From IMG/VR virus record IMGVR_UViG_3300022918_000013, positions 1 through 61,901 of that record: a stretch of DNA of 61,901 nucleotides. One strand, written 5' to 3'. Shown here in pieces: positions 18,909-28,383 of this stretch; the first letter of the stretch is position 1, and every line of letters begins with the position of its first letter. Both the position numbers and the translations under genes were made by a program. A model generated the notes under the pieces. It was not told the DNA's origin. It searched no databases and worked only from the letters and a program-made list of their open reading frames with translations. Source of the DNA: a virus (Duplodnaviria > Caudoviricetes).

Positions 18909-19916
18909 TCAGCTCCAAGCTCCCATTCTACCGGCGGGGACGCTGGCAGATTCAAGGCCTAGTGCTTCGTCAATATCCGCGCTGGTCTTTGCGTTCTTTA
19001 TCTTCTCAACGAAGACAGTGTTCGCGTCAGGCTCAACGTGAGTAATGACATGTCGGAGCGGAGTTTGAGACGCTTTCGCGGATACAGGAATGAGGCCAGA
19101 GGCTTTCGCCGTCTTTGCCACCTGTTGCGATGCGGATACTCCCGGTTTGTTTGTGCCGCTGGGATTTGACGCCTCAACTGGCAAAATTCGTAGTTTAGCG
19201 GCCTCGGAAGCTACAATGTCGTAGATTTGTTCGGGGCTGCTGGCCTTATTCTTCATCGCTTGAACGCGAGTAATAACGGCCTCGTAAAGTGGTGTGCCTT
19301 CCTTCCGGATATCAGGGAAATCGGCATAAGCAAGCTCGCGGTAATGCGCGTCTGCCTTCTGAGCTTCTGTCATTTCGGCAGCTTGAGCGCTCTCAGCGGC
19401 AACCGTTTGAAGTGAGCGGTGATAGGCGCGAGCTTCCTTGAGGTCACTGATTTGATCATTGATCGCATCAATCGCCTCTTCATCCACTGGAGCCATTTCT
19501 TCCTTGGCTTCAGCGCGGAGGGCGGCTTTCTTGGCTTGCAGCTCTTCAAGCTCGGCATTGATTGCCTGAACGTGATCAATGGGCTGCTCTTGTTCAACCT
19601 CTTCCGTTTGCACGGGCTGGCGGTCGCGGAAATGTTCCGCAGCCGCCAGAAGGCTGATTCCTTGGGATTTGGCATAAAAGGCAATGCTTCTATCAAGATC
19701 GTCCTTAAACCGGAAGCGCTCTTGCGTAATTTCAGCTTCGACGGGCTGTTCAACTTCCTCGACCTGCTCTTTAGGTTCAACCGTTTCGACTTCTTCGGTT
19801 TGAGCTTCGACTTCCTTTACTGGCTCAGTCACCACCGTCTCAACTTCGACAGGAATCAAAGGCTCGTCGAGCATTGCGTCCAGGTCGGCGATAGGGTCGG
19901 AAGTGGTTTCAGCCAT
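18909..19916 (-). CDS. Scaffolding protein
   Basis: Acidic N-terminus, coiled coil, directly upstream of capsid. Confidence 0.75.
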   Translation of the reverse strand: MAETTSDPIADLDAMLDEPLIPVEVETVVTEPVKEVEAQTEEVETVEPKEQVEEVEQPVEAEITQERFRFKDDLDRSIAFYAKSQGISLLAAAEHFRDRQPVQTEEVEQEQPIDHVQAINAELEELQAKKAALRAEAKEEMAPVDEEAIDAINDQISDLKEARAYHRSLQTVAAESAQAAEMTEAQKADAHYRELAYADFPDIRKEGTPLYEAVITRVQAMKNKASSPEQIYDIVASEAAKLRILPVEASNPSGTNKPGVSASQQVAKTAKASGLIPVSAKASQTPLRHVITHVEPDANTVFVEKIKNAKTSADIDEALGLESASVPAGRMGAWS

Positions 19917-19927
19917 ATATTACGGCA

Positions 19928-19955
19928 ATTATCAACAATGCCGAAAAGAATGCAA
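19928..19955 (-). promoter_or_regulatory. Promoter for scaffold/capsid operon
   Basis: TTGCAT-16-GATAAT on the - strand. Confidence 0.55.
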
Positions 19956-19992
19956 GCGGGAGTTTTACATTACTGCGACTCATTACCAAATG

Positions 19993-20025
19993 AAAAGGCC
20001 CGCAGGGGAGGAACCTGCGGGCCTT
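19993..20025 (-). terminator. Intrinsic terminator
   Basis: AAGGCCCGCAGG/CCTGCGGGCCTT followed by a T run. Confidence 0.7.
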
Positions 20026-20479
20026 CACATATGCAAGGACACCTGAGTAAACGCCGTGCGGTGAATGAAAGGAAACCCGCCCGGCGGTGATAGTTGTCGG
20101 CTATTCTTTGATAAGCGCAAACGAAAAATAGAGGCCACAATCGACAAAAGGGCGAGAGTGATTTCACTCCTTATAAAGCAGAGTCTGTCCAGCAGATTTT
20201 TGGCACAACCTCCTCAGGGGGATAAAGAGAAATCCAAGGCCCACTTGGAGCTGGGTACATTTTCTTTGCAAACTCAGTTATCCCAGGAATATCATCCCGC
20301 TCGGAACCTTCTTTACCCTGAAGGATTTCTTGGCTTTCTTCGTCTGTGTCCATGAATTCACCTTCTTTGAAGGAGAGCTATCTGTCAATGAATTGAACCC
20401 TGTCAAAAGAAAACGAAGGAGCCGCAACCCACCGGTACGCGGCCCCTTTGTCAGCCTATTGGCGTGACAGCTTGAAAAT

Positions 20480-20576
20480 TGGTGAGCAGTCCAAGGAATC
20501 GAACCTGACAGGCCCGTAAGGCGATGAAGTAACATCTAGAATTATTCACCCCGGCTCCATACCGGTCTATCTGCTC
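20480..20576 (-). ncRNA. Atypical tRNA-like RNA ending in encoded CCA
   Basis: GAGCAG/CTGCTC acceptor stem then ACCA; GGTTCGATTCC T-loop; CCGG/CCGG D-like stem; irregular long anticodon arm. Confidence 0.6.
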
Positions 20577-20588
20577 TTTACGATTAAT

Positions 20589-21755
20589 CTACGTCTTGCG
20601 GCCATAAAAACTAGCAAATTCGTCTCCAGTAGTGAGCGCAAACCTGAATCCAACTTCTGCTGCAAACTTGTCCACTGCATCTATGGTTGGTTGCCAGCGG
20701 GGCGCGTAGTCGTGACCAGCGAATATCCCACCTTTTTTTAACTTCACCCACCAATCCCTGAGTGTGTTCCCATCTTCTTGACCGCCTGCTGCATACCCAT
20801 CTATATAGCAAAAGTCGAGTGAGTCGTTACCAATCAGCGGCAACGCATCCGCAAAGCTCATTCGCAGAACATTCGACCGCACCCCATATTGGGAAAGCGC
20901 CTGAACTGCTTGTAGCATTTCCTTGGCGTCATGGTGATCCGTCCATCTGTCAATCGAGTACAGCTTCTCACACTTCGACCGCTCAAGAATCGTTTTCGAG
21001 AAGTCGCCACGCGCAACTCCAAGTTCTACCCCTATGCCGGTAAACGAGGCCGCTAGATCCTCGCGGGTAGCATACTTTGGCAGTTTGGGTGCGGCGTCAC
21101 GCTTGAGCTTAGCCAGCACGTCGTAAAACGGGTTCCAGCGGTGCTTGGGTTGAATTGAGTCCCAATCTGCCCACTCCATTTGTGGAGCGCCCGCGATGAA
21201 TAGAAGTAGTTGAGCCGCTACAATATCATCGCGCATTTCGGTCGGTCTAAGCCCCCACTCCCGCCAATTGAATGATCCAAGGGACTTTTGCCACTCGATC
21301 ATGCTGTCAGCAATAACTAGTTCAGAAAATCCAATTTCTCCATCCAGTTTAGCTTGGTAAGCCAATAAGCAGGAACATCGAAGATAATTTGTGACCTGAG
21401 GACTCCAAATATGTGCTGAATTATGCCATAAGTGGCGCACCTCTTTAAGTTTTAAAAGTCCATCCAACTTCCTGTCATTCAGCAAATAAACATAGGCGGT
21501 TACAGTCCCAAGCGACATTTCCCACCGTACCGCCAAGTGCTCGTCATCCACCCGAGTTTCAACGGATAATATGTCGCGTTCCCATTCTTCAAACGGAATC
21601 AGCCCATCACAGCAACGATAACTGAGCCAACACTTCGCAGCCGATCTTGCCTCAGAGCCATCCAACGGCCCATGCAAGAAAGGGGTCACATTCTCGATAG
21701 TCTTGTTCCCAGGAAGACCGTGGGTGAAGATATATGGATTCGCTGGAATGCTCAT
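20589..21755 (-). CDS. Two-domain protein with C-terminal class I SAM methyltransferase (Methyltransf_24-like)
   Basis: GVELGVARG, DFCYIDG, KKGGIFAGHDY. Confidence 0.85.
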   Translation of the reverse strand: MSIPANPYIFTHGLPGNKTIENVTPFLHGPLDGSEARSAAKCWLSYRCCDGLIPFEEWERDILSVETRVDDEHLAVRWEMSLGTVTAYVYLLNDRKLDGLLKLKEVRHLWHNSAHIWSPQVTNYLRCSCLLAYQAKLDGEIGFSELVIADSMIEWQKSLGSFNWREWGLRPTEMRDDIVAAQLLLFIAGAPQMEWADWDSIQPKHRWNPFYDVLAKLKRDAAPKLPKYATREDLAASFTGIGVELGVARGDFSKTILERSKCEKLYSIDRWTDHHDAKEMLQAVQALSQYGVRSNVLRMSFADALPLIGNDSLDFCYIDGYAAGGQEDGNTLRDWWVKLKKGGIFAGHDYAPRWQPTIDAVDKFAAEVGFRFALTTGDEFASFYGRKT

Positions 21756-22264
21756 GACGCAAGAAGAAGGAAGCGGTAGCTGTTGATTGGATGGATGACG
21801 AGAGAGGTAAAGAAGTTGCTAAACAGCGCCTCCCACCATCCGGCGTCGTGAACCGTGCAGTGCGCGTTTTCGCCATTGGGAAGTATTTGGCTGGCTAGTC
21901 GCGTGTGAATCGTGATTGCCCACTTGGGAGCAAGCTTCTTCATCAGTTCGATGTTTGCGGCAAGCTCTTCCTCCGGTATGTGTTCCATGACTTCGGAGCA
22001 AAAGCCCACGTCACATGGCATCATGATTTCATCAGGCAATTCACGCAACTCCTCAATAGCTGGATCATAAAAGAAGAAACATTGCGTTTCCGTAAAGATG
22101 GTCACAATCTCAGACGATCTCCCACAGCCATAGTCAATTACAGAGACAGGTCCATCCGCCCACTCTCGAATCAAATCCTGATACTTTGGATCAAGGTTCG
22201 GCGAGTCGTATTTCATACCCGCGTGCAGCAGTCGATACTGCTCAATTAGTCTTCCATTTTTCAT
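21752..22264 (-). CDS. Class I SAM methyltransferase
   Basis: VIDYGCG, SEVMEHIP, NAHCTV. Confidence 0.85.
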   Translation of the reverse strand: MKNGRLIEQYRLLHAGMKYDSPNLDPKYQDLIREWADGPVSVIDYGCGRSSEIVTIFTETQCFFFYDPAIEELRELPDEIMMPCDVGFCSEVMEHIPEEELAANIELMKKLAPKWAITIHTRLASQILPNGENAHCTVHDAGWWEALFSNFFTSLVIHPINSYRFLLLAS

Positions 22265-22989
22265 AACGCGTTTGGTCGTGGCTCCTTCATCCAACACTCA
22301 AGCACTTGCTCCATTTGTAAAAGATGCGGCATCTTGTCTGGCAGTCCATATCCGGCGGCGTGCAGTCCAATGACGCCATGCGGGATGCTCTTAACAAGTC
22401 CACCTTTGAAGCTGAGTAGCCAGAAGTTGTAGGTCTGCGGCAGGAAGTCGAGAGCCACGCCTGCGCGATGAATGCCAGCATTCAAAAATCCTTGCTCGCC
22501 GTAGTCTTGGTAGTCCTTCCATAAGCCGTTCTTTTTCTCTTCGTAGAGCTGCTTCGCAATGGCGAATGCGCTAACGTGATCTTCACGTTTGAAGTTCGCA
22601 ATCCACAGGCCCCCATTGAAGTACTGCTGCGGATCAAAACCTAACAGAGTGGCATCAGGAACTGGGAAGGAGCCACTCATAACAGCAGGCTCCCCTCCCG
22701 CATTAATGAGAGTAGCAGGCAAGTCGTTAATTCCAGGATCTTTGACAGCCCAAAAGTAAGGGGAGTTATTGAACTGGCTTAAATCGCAGTCACGAATCAT
22801 CCAATGATCCGCATCGAAGTACACCACTGTTTGAGGTGCTAATAAGAAAGGAAGGTCAAGTTTCGCCTCGAAAGCATCCTTGTCTTTCCATAAAACAATC
22901 ACATCAAGACCAGTTCGCTTTTTGAAGCGCTCGACAGCGGCAATTCCAATTTCCGCATAATTCTTGGTTAAAATGGTCGCCCCAATCAC
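22261..22989 (-). CDS. GT8-like glycosyltransferase
   Basis: YFDAD (DxD), YFNGG, EQGFLN, LHAAG. Confidence 0.85.
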   Translation of the reverse strand: MIGATILTKNYAEIGIAAVERFKKRTGLDVIVLWKDKDAFEAKLDLPFLLAPQTVVYFDADHWMIRDCDLSQFNNSPYFWAVKDPGINDLPATLINAGGEPAVMSGSFPVPDATLLGFDPQQYFNGGLWIANFKREDHVSAFAIAKQLYEEKKNGLWKDYQDYGEQGFLNAGIHRAGVALDFLPQTYNFWLLSFKGGLVKSIPHGVIGLHAAGYGLPDKMPHLLQMEQVLECWMKEPRPNAL

Positions 22990-23222
22990 GATTCAAAACC
23001 CCTCTCCAGTTTATCCTTCAGCTCAATAACATACACCTGTGAGCGGCGCAGTTCGTTTTCTTCGGCCCTCACCTCATGCTCAAGCCTGTGAACGGTGGCT
23101 GTGTATTCTTGAGCGAGTTTGGCTTTTCCATCCAGCAAAAGCTGTTTGGCGTTTCTCACGCGCTCCTTGTGCCGTTCGACATCAAGAACGGCCCTCCGTA
23201 GGTCTGCTTCGGTTTCGGTCAT
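22986..23222 (-). CDS. Coiled-coil hypothetical protein
   Basis: Part of an ATGA-coupled gene chain. Confidence 0.6.
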   Translation of the reverse strand: MTETEADLRRAVLDVERHKERVRNAKQLLLDGKAKLAQEYTATVHRLEHEVRAEENELRRSQVYVIELKDKLERGFES

Positions 23223-23479
23223 GGGTCCTCCTTTATATTTGATGGCGCGACTGACAAGTGTGATTCATCATCGACTATAAAGATAGGGCATCCGCACCAT
23301 ATAGGACGAGTGCTGGCTGTCACTTCATGAACTATCCTAAATGGCTGGCCGTTGATTGAATCTTGCAGTTCACTCCAATCTTCCCGACCCAAGTATAGGT
23401 TAAATTTTGTTCTTTTGGTGATTCCATGCCTCATTTCTGCAAGCATGATCGCCTCATCGATTCGTTGCTGGATATTCAT
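23219..23479 (-). CDS. Hypothetical protein
   Basis: Part of an ATGA-coupled gene chain. Confidence 0.6.
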   Translation of the reverse strand: MNIQQRIDEAIMLAEMRHGITKRTKFNLYLGREDWSELQDSINGQPFRIVHEVTASTRPIWCGCPIFIVDDESHLSVAPSNIKEDP

Positions 23480-23781
23480 ACCTCTTTCACCCTCCTGAGA
23501 AATTCATTGGCTATGTCTTCCCATGCTGTTTTTACAGGGCCTGATTGCAGATCTCCTGGGCGACATTTTAATGTATCCCATGTATCTCCATACAGGATTT
23601 CATAAAGTATCTGCCCTGGCGTCTTCTCAGGCTCCACAACTCGATAGTCATTCACGCACTGGTCAAACTTCAGTTCGTAGTGAACCTTCCACACGCCAGC
23701 GCCATCTCTGACTTCGACTTGCTTTCCTTCAGCTAGAGCGGTCACGATTGGTAGCCATTGGGCTGCGGTTTCTTTATTCAT
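23476..23781 (-). CDS. Hypothetical phage protein
   Basis: Coupled ORF; TPGQILYE resembles TLGQVAFE in 40149..40886. Confidence 0.6.
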   Translation of the reverse strand: MNKETAAQWLPIVTALAEGKQVEVRDGAGVWKVHYELKFDQCVNDYRVVEPEKTPGQILYEILYGDTWDTLKCRPGDLQSGPVKTAWEDIANEFLRRVKEV

Positions 23782-24040
23782 GAGTTGTGACGATTGAGTA
23801 TTGATAGTGCGAACTGCTTTCCTTATTGCGGGTGATGAGTCCGATTTTGAGGAGAAGGATAAGCTGATTGGTAATATTGTTTCTCGCTAGGTGCGATGGA
23901 AGCTTATTCGCCAACTCCGCAAGACCGATGCCTGGATGCTTTTTTATGGCCTTCCAGACCGCTTGATAGGTAGAAGGTAATTGGACCTTGCCAGATCCGC
24001 CACAGCACTTGCATTTGATTCTAGGTATTGATTCGGCCAT
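23774..24040 (-). CDS. Zn-knuckle plus winged-HTH regulator
   Basis: CKCCGGSG then LAELANKL..LKIGLI; TTGCGG-16-AATAAT promoter 6 nt upstream of the ATG. Confidence 0.6.
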   Translation of the reverse strand: MAESIPRIKCKCCGGSGKVQLPSTYQAVWKAIKKHPGIGLAELANKLPSHLARNNITNQLILLLKIGLITRNKESSSHYQYSIVTTHE

Positions 24041-24105
24041 GGCGCTATTATTCATGCGTTTACACATTCCGCAAGAAATGTTTCTGTCTATTTGTGCTTG
24101 TGGGC

Positions 24106-24134
24106 AAAAAGAAACCCCAGGTTGTCGCCTGGGG
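24106..24134 (-). terminator. Intrinsic terminator
   Basis: CCCCAGG/CCTGGGG followed by TTTCTTTTT. Confidence 0.6.
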
Positions 24135-24212
24135 CTGAAAAGGGGTCGCCCCACCTCCTCTACATAAAACTATGGCGCATAACGCCAGCATTCGATTTGG
24201 CAGGGCGGTTTA

Positions 24213-24431
24213 TCACTTACTCGAAATTTCAACCGCTGGCAACTCTGGCGTGAGAACGACTTTACCAACCTCGCGCACAAAGGCCGCATCCTCTGCGCTG
24301 ATCTTGCCTTTGCTCTGCGCGTACGACAGTGCAAGATTCGTGATCGCGCGCGCTTGGGCCTGCTGAGCTGGCGTCAGGTTTGAGCACGAAGGAAGGCAAA
24401 CGATGGCGCAAAGAAGGGTGATAGATTTCAT
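24213..24431 (-). CDS. Small lipoprotein
   Basis: MKSITLLCAIVCLPSC signal peptide with lipobox-like Cys. Confidence 0.7.
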   Translation of the reverse strand: MKSITLLCAIVCLPSCSNLTPAQQAQARAITNLALSYAQSKGKISAEDAAFVREVGKVVLTPELPAVEISSK

Positions 24432-24446
24432 AGGCTCATATCCTGC

Positions 24447-24659
24447 CTAACAAACTGGCGCTTGTCTAGCAAATCCACTCTCCATGTACCTCCGAATCAG
24501 CGGCGAAGGACTCGCGTTGTCGCCATCGTGAATGGTGCACCCACCCGCACACTCGATGAACCAGCAGCCGTCATAGCCGATTGTCACCGGCTTGTTATGC
24601 GTCGGGCAAGCCTTCGCGTTGGCGTTGAAGTGGCGCATGGTTAGTTCGTTCTCGGTCAT
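24447..24659 (-). CDS. Small Zn-ribbon protein
   Basis: CPTH and CAGGC. Confidence 0.5.
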   Translation of the reverse strand: MTENELTMRHFNANAKACPTHNKPVTIGYDGCWFIECAGGCTIHDGDNASPSPLIRRYMESGFARQAPVC

Positions 24660-24905
24660 GTTCTAAGTAGAACACCAATGACAAAGACAATGAAAGCGCA
24701 CAAGTGAGAACCGAGGACGAGGTACGCTCCAATAAGGCATATTCTAAGAGCATCATCTTCTCCCTTTGGTGGTAAAAGGCTCATGAGTGGAATATTAGGC
24801 TGATAACAAAAACAACAAACGCCCACGCGTGCAAGGATATTAGTAACAGTGGGAGAAAGAAGAACAATAGGCACTCGATCTCATCATCTTTAAGATCAGT
24901 GAGTT

Positions 24906-25406
24906 TCATACCTCCCCCTCCTTCATCGCGTCATTCATGGGTGTATGGCTCTTTCCTTTAATCGGCAAATCATCCCACATGCCTCCTATGATTCTCCGTG
25001 CCTGCCGAAGTCCTTCAGTAATTCCCAAGCGATGCTCCAAAGCATCGCCTGGAACGTTATCAGTAGGCCATGATTCAATCTGTTCATACCTAGCGATGAT
25101 TAGCCGTCTCGCTTCAGCTAAAGCTAATTGTTGAATTGTGGTTTCACTCAGCATCTCCTCCGCGCTAGGCTCGCTCGGCTCCGCCTTCTGTTCAGCGTAG
25201 CGCCAGCCGACAATCTCATCGTCTCTATTATCCCATATCTCATCCCAGCGCCAATGCTTGGCAGGCATGGCGGGTGTATCTGGGAAACAAGAACTGAACC
25301 ACTCTTCGCGGATAAGGATGAAAACGACATCCTCTTTTCTGCATGGTATATCATCTCCCGGCGTGTGCTTTATCCAAGTGTGGCCCTGTGATTCGAACGT
25401 GTTCAT
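24906..25406 (-). CDS. Hypothetical phage protein
   Basis: WRW..DDEIVGWR motif seen in phage early proteins. Confidence 0.6.
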   Translation of the reverse strand: MNTFESQGHTWIKHTPGDDIPCRKEDVVFILIREEWFSSCFPDTPAMPAKHWRWDEIWDNRDDEIVGWRYAEQKAEPSEPSAEEMLSETTIQQLALAEARRLIIARYEQIESWPTDNVPGDALEHRLGITEGLRQARRIIGGMWDDLPIKGKSHTPMNDAMKEGEV

Positions 25407-26035
25407 ACTGGAATAGCCCTTTCAAATTCCTTAATTGCCGCCTCTGCATTTTCCACCGAAAACCAATCATCCACACGAAGTTTACCCTCCATATCCACCC
25501 ACCATCCACGGCGGGATATTCGGGTAATTTGGCAAAGTTCTCTGAAAAGGTTCGATGGCCCCAATCCACCAGCAAAACCCACATGTTTACGTGTTATTGG
25601 AGCCTCCCACTTTTCAGGGGACAACCCTTTACCGCCGCTGGCGTCAATAAGAACTACGTGATTCGTTTCCTGTATATCCAAGAGATGCGCATTCCTTGCG
25701 TGGTGTTGTGTGATGATGACGTGAAGAGGTTGGCGCGTGCATATTTGTACCAATTCATCTGCGGCAAGTAGGCCGTTGACCTGGATGCGCTGGATGTATG
25801 GTAAAATATCATCCAGTTCCCCATTTATTAATTCTTGGCGCGCTCTCCCACCGCACACATGAAGCGCAACACGTTTAAGATGCCGCGCCGCGCTCAAGAC
25901 CCATTGGCGTGATGGGTAGCGATTTCTCCCCTCTGGGGTTGCGGTGTAAAGAAGTCCGATTTCCGCGTCCAAACGACCTAGCGATTGAATGTCTGTTTTT
26001 TCATCGGCTCCTGTAACTGTGATCATGTTATTCAT
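25403..26035 (-). CDS. Phosphoribosylanthranilate isomerase (TrpF)-like TIM-barrel protein
   Basis: TVTGAD, RIQVN, LIDASGGKG, GFAGGLGPSN, WVDMEG. Confidence 0.75.
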   Translation of the reverse strand: MNNMITVTGADEKTDIQSLGRLDAEIGLLYTATPEGRNRYPSRQWVLSAARHLKRVALHVCGGRARQELINGELDDILPYIQRIQVNGLLAADELVQICTRQPLHVIITQHHARNAHLLDIQETNHVVLIDASGGKGLSPEKWEAPITRKHVGFAGGLGPSNLFRELCQITRISRRGWWVDMEGKLRVDDWFSVENAEAAIKEFERAIPV

Positions 26036-26439
26036 AAAACGCCACTCGCTCCTTCCCATGCCGCGAGGGCTTTAGAGGCAATGGTGTATGTTGGATTGTC
26101 TCCACCTTGACCAGCCGCGTGGAGCGCCCGCATTGCGAGCCTCAGTGCATCCAAAAGAGCCTTCACCTGCTCAGCCGTGAAGACGGCGGGAGGCGGGTTG
26201 GTGAGGGCGGCCTCGGCTAACTTTAACCATACAGCAGGCACTCCCCTGTCATCATGAGAATCCCAAGTAACTGCTTCTTGCAGCGCCGTCCTGTAAGCCA
26301 AGGCTTGGGCCTGGGAGGCGGCGAGCTTTAACTCGAAGTCTCGACATTGATTAAGTAGCTTATAGGACTTCCTATAGAGTTCGGATGCCTCTGGCATTGG
26401 TCCGGCGACGATGGAATCAGTGATTGGTGTTTTGCTCAT
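26032..26439 (-). CDS. Hypothetical protein
   Basis: Coupled ORF. Confidence 0.6.
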   Translation of the reverse strand: MSKTPITDSIVAGPMPEASELYRKSYKLLNQCRDFELKLAASQAQALAYRTALQEAVTWDSHDDRGVPAVWLKLAEAALTNPPPAVFTAEQVKALLDALRLAMRALHAAGQGGDNPTYTIASKALAAWEGASGVL

Positions 26440-26732
26440 CCTTCGCCCCCTTTCTTATCGCCATACTTGGCGCGGTAGGTGGCCCATGTTTCGCTTAGGC
26501 CGTCAGACTGAATGTAGAGTGCATCAGCTAGATCCTCCGCATCCTGACGAAGTTCTTCAATCTCACTTTTGAGTTCAGTCAAATGCACTGCGCTTGCCCG
26601 AATTAGTGGCACTAAATCGCTATCCGCAAATCCGAGTTTCTCAACATCATCGGCATACAATGGAAGAAGTTTAGCGCACTTAGAGGCAGATTCAGAAAAA
26701 GTAACTCTTTGTGGCCCCTGTTGGCAATTCAT
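26436..26732 (-). CDS. Hypothetical protein
   Basis: Coupled ORF. Confidence 0.55.
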   Translation of the reverse strand: MNCQQGPQRVTFSESASKCAKLLPLYADDVEKLGFADSDLVPLIRASAVHLTELKSEIEELRQDAEDLADALYIQSDGLSETWATYRAKYGDKKGGEG

Positions 26733-27022
26733 AGCGCGCCCTCCTTATCAAAGCGATACAGCACATGATTCTGACCGCAGCCCATCGCGTCGCAGTTGTG
26801 GTAGAGAGGGTCATTCTCATCCTCAATATCGTTGGGCGTGCCGCAGATGACGATCTGATTACCGAAGTGGAAAGCATAGCCAAATGGCTCTGCCTCTATG
26901 CTGTTTTCCGCCACTGGTCGAGGTGCTGTTTGCTCGGCCAATCGTTTATCAGCGATAGCCTTCTGCTCTGCGAGTATTTCGTTGATCGTCTTCATGTGTT
27001 TGGGTTTGTGAGTATTTGCCAT
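26729..27022 (-). CDS. Hypothetical protein with HNCDAMGC..H motif
   Basis: Coupled ORF; putative metal-binding motif. Confidence 0.55.
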   Translation of the reverse strand: MANTHKPKHMKTINEILAEQKAIADKRLAEQTAPRPVAENSIEAEPFGYAFHFGNQIVICGTPNDIEDENDPLYHNCDAMGCGQNHVLYRFDKEGAL

Positions 27023-27720
27023 TCCTTGATAGTTCCTTCTGCTATATTCCTAGCAATAATATTTGTCTCTGTATTGCTGGAAATTTGCCTCAAGCCGCCC
27101 AGTAGTTTTAGGAGGCCTAACTTTTCACGGAGCGGCGTCACATCTTCCTCAGGAATCACCTTCGGCGCTGGCGAAGAGAGGGCGACTCTAACACTATCAG
27201 CATCAAGGCTGCAAAGTATCGCTCCTGCCTTGCCATCTTTGAACCATTTCCCATCGCGCAATGGCTCTAGGATAGCTCTCAACGCCCTTTCCTGCGCCTG
27301 GGATTCGCGGAGTTGTTCTTCAGCCAAGTAAACCCTGTTTCTGCCAGCATCTACAAGCGTCAATAGTTCAGCAATAGTATTGTCGGCAGAATCTCTCTCA
27401 GATTCCTCTGTCTGCTCCAAGGCTTCACGGATCTCTACTTCGCGCTCTGTCCGATGGTGATAGCCGCCTGCAAGCTGAATCCTTTGATTCAACCCCTCAA
27501 TCTCCGCATCTTTCTGCTCGGCCTGCTGTTGGAGGGCGGCAATTTCGCGTCTTAGCTTATCAATCAAAGGCTCTCCTGGCTCGTATTTGCCACTCGCTTT
27601 TAACTCAGCCCCTATTTCTTCCAGGGTTTTCATAAGAGGGTGTTTAGTGTCTGTCTGGCTCATTCTATCCTCAACTCCTGCGAAGTATATTTCTGTGCTT
27701 GTGTCTGTCTGTTCACTCAT
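26992..27720 (-). CDS. Coiled-coil early protein
   Basis: Long heptad region. Confidence 0.6.
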   Translation of the reverse strand: MSEQTDTSTEIYFAGVEDRMSQTDTKHPLMKTLEEIGAELKASGKYEPGEPLIDKLRREIAALQQQAEQKDAEIEGLNQRIQLAGGYHHRTEREVEIREALEQTEESERDSADNTIAELLTLVDAGRNRVYLAEEQLRESQAQERALRAILEPLRDGKWFKDGKAGAILCSLDADSVRVALSSPAPKVIPEEDVTPLREKLGLLKLLGGLRQISSNTETNIIARNIAEGTIKEWQILTNPNT

Positions 27721-27855
27721 CGTTCTTTCCCTCGGTTAGTTTGGTGAAAGTGTCCTTCCAGAAGTATTTCCATCCCCATGCGTTACAATAACGAATCAAT
27801 GATTCGACGTATCCAAAGCGAATTGCTCGCCATAAGTTGCAGTTCATTCTATTAC

Positions 27856-28080
27856 TCATAATGGTTTATTTGTCTTAAATTTCTCCAGCGCTCTCAAGAG
27901 CAGCGGCTTACTTCCTGATGAAGCGCAGTATGCATTCATGGCTTCCTCATAAAGAGCCCCCGCGGCCCGCTCAAACTCCAGACCGCGCTCTGCGGACTGA
28001 ATCAACTCTCGAATATCATCAGCCTTCAAGGTTATGTGCTGGAACTTGAGTTTTATTTTGGTTAGGCGTTCATTTGTCAT
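27856..28080 (-). CDS. Hypothetical protein
   Basis: Coupled ORF. Confidence 0.5.
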   Translation of the reverse strand: MTNERLTKIKLKFQHITLKADDIRELIQSAERGLEFERAAGALYEEAMNAYCASSGSKPLLLRALEKFKTNKPL

Positions 28081-28337
28081 GGCGTTAAATCAGCTTGCCC
28101 GCACGTTGGGCAGATTGTTGGTTTAGGTGCTGAAGATACAAAATCTTCCTTCATAGCTTCCGCGAGTGCTGCGGTTATTTGTGCGGGTGTGTATCTAGAT
28201 TTTTCATCTCTCATTATCCAATAAGCATCCATTGGGAAATCTCCTGACGTGTGACTACAGCCGTCGATCATCAGACCCCTGTAACTCCCGTCTTCGTTTG
28301 TGATTTGTTCGATTTTCATTACTCGCCCTCCTTCCAA
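28077..28337 (-). CDS. Hypothetical protein with C-terminal CPTCG
   Basis: Coupled ORF. Confidence 0.5.
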   Translation of the reverse strand: MEGGRVMKIEQITNEDGSYRGLMIDGCSHTSGDFPMDAYWIMRDEKSRYTPAQITAALAEAMKEDFVSSAPKPTICPTCGQADLTP

Positions 28338-28383
28338 AGGCTAATTGTAGCTAACCGTCTCCGCTTCTGTTCTTGGGTAAGTT

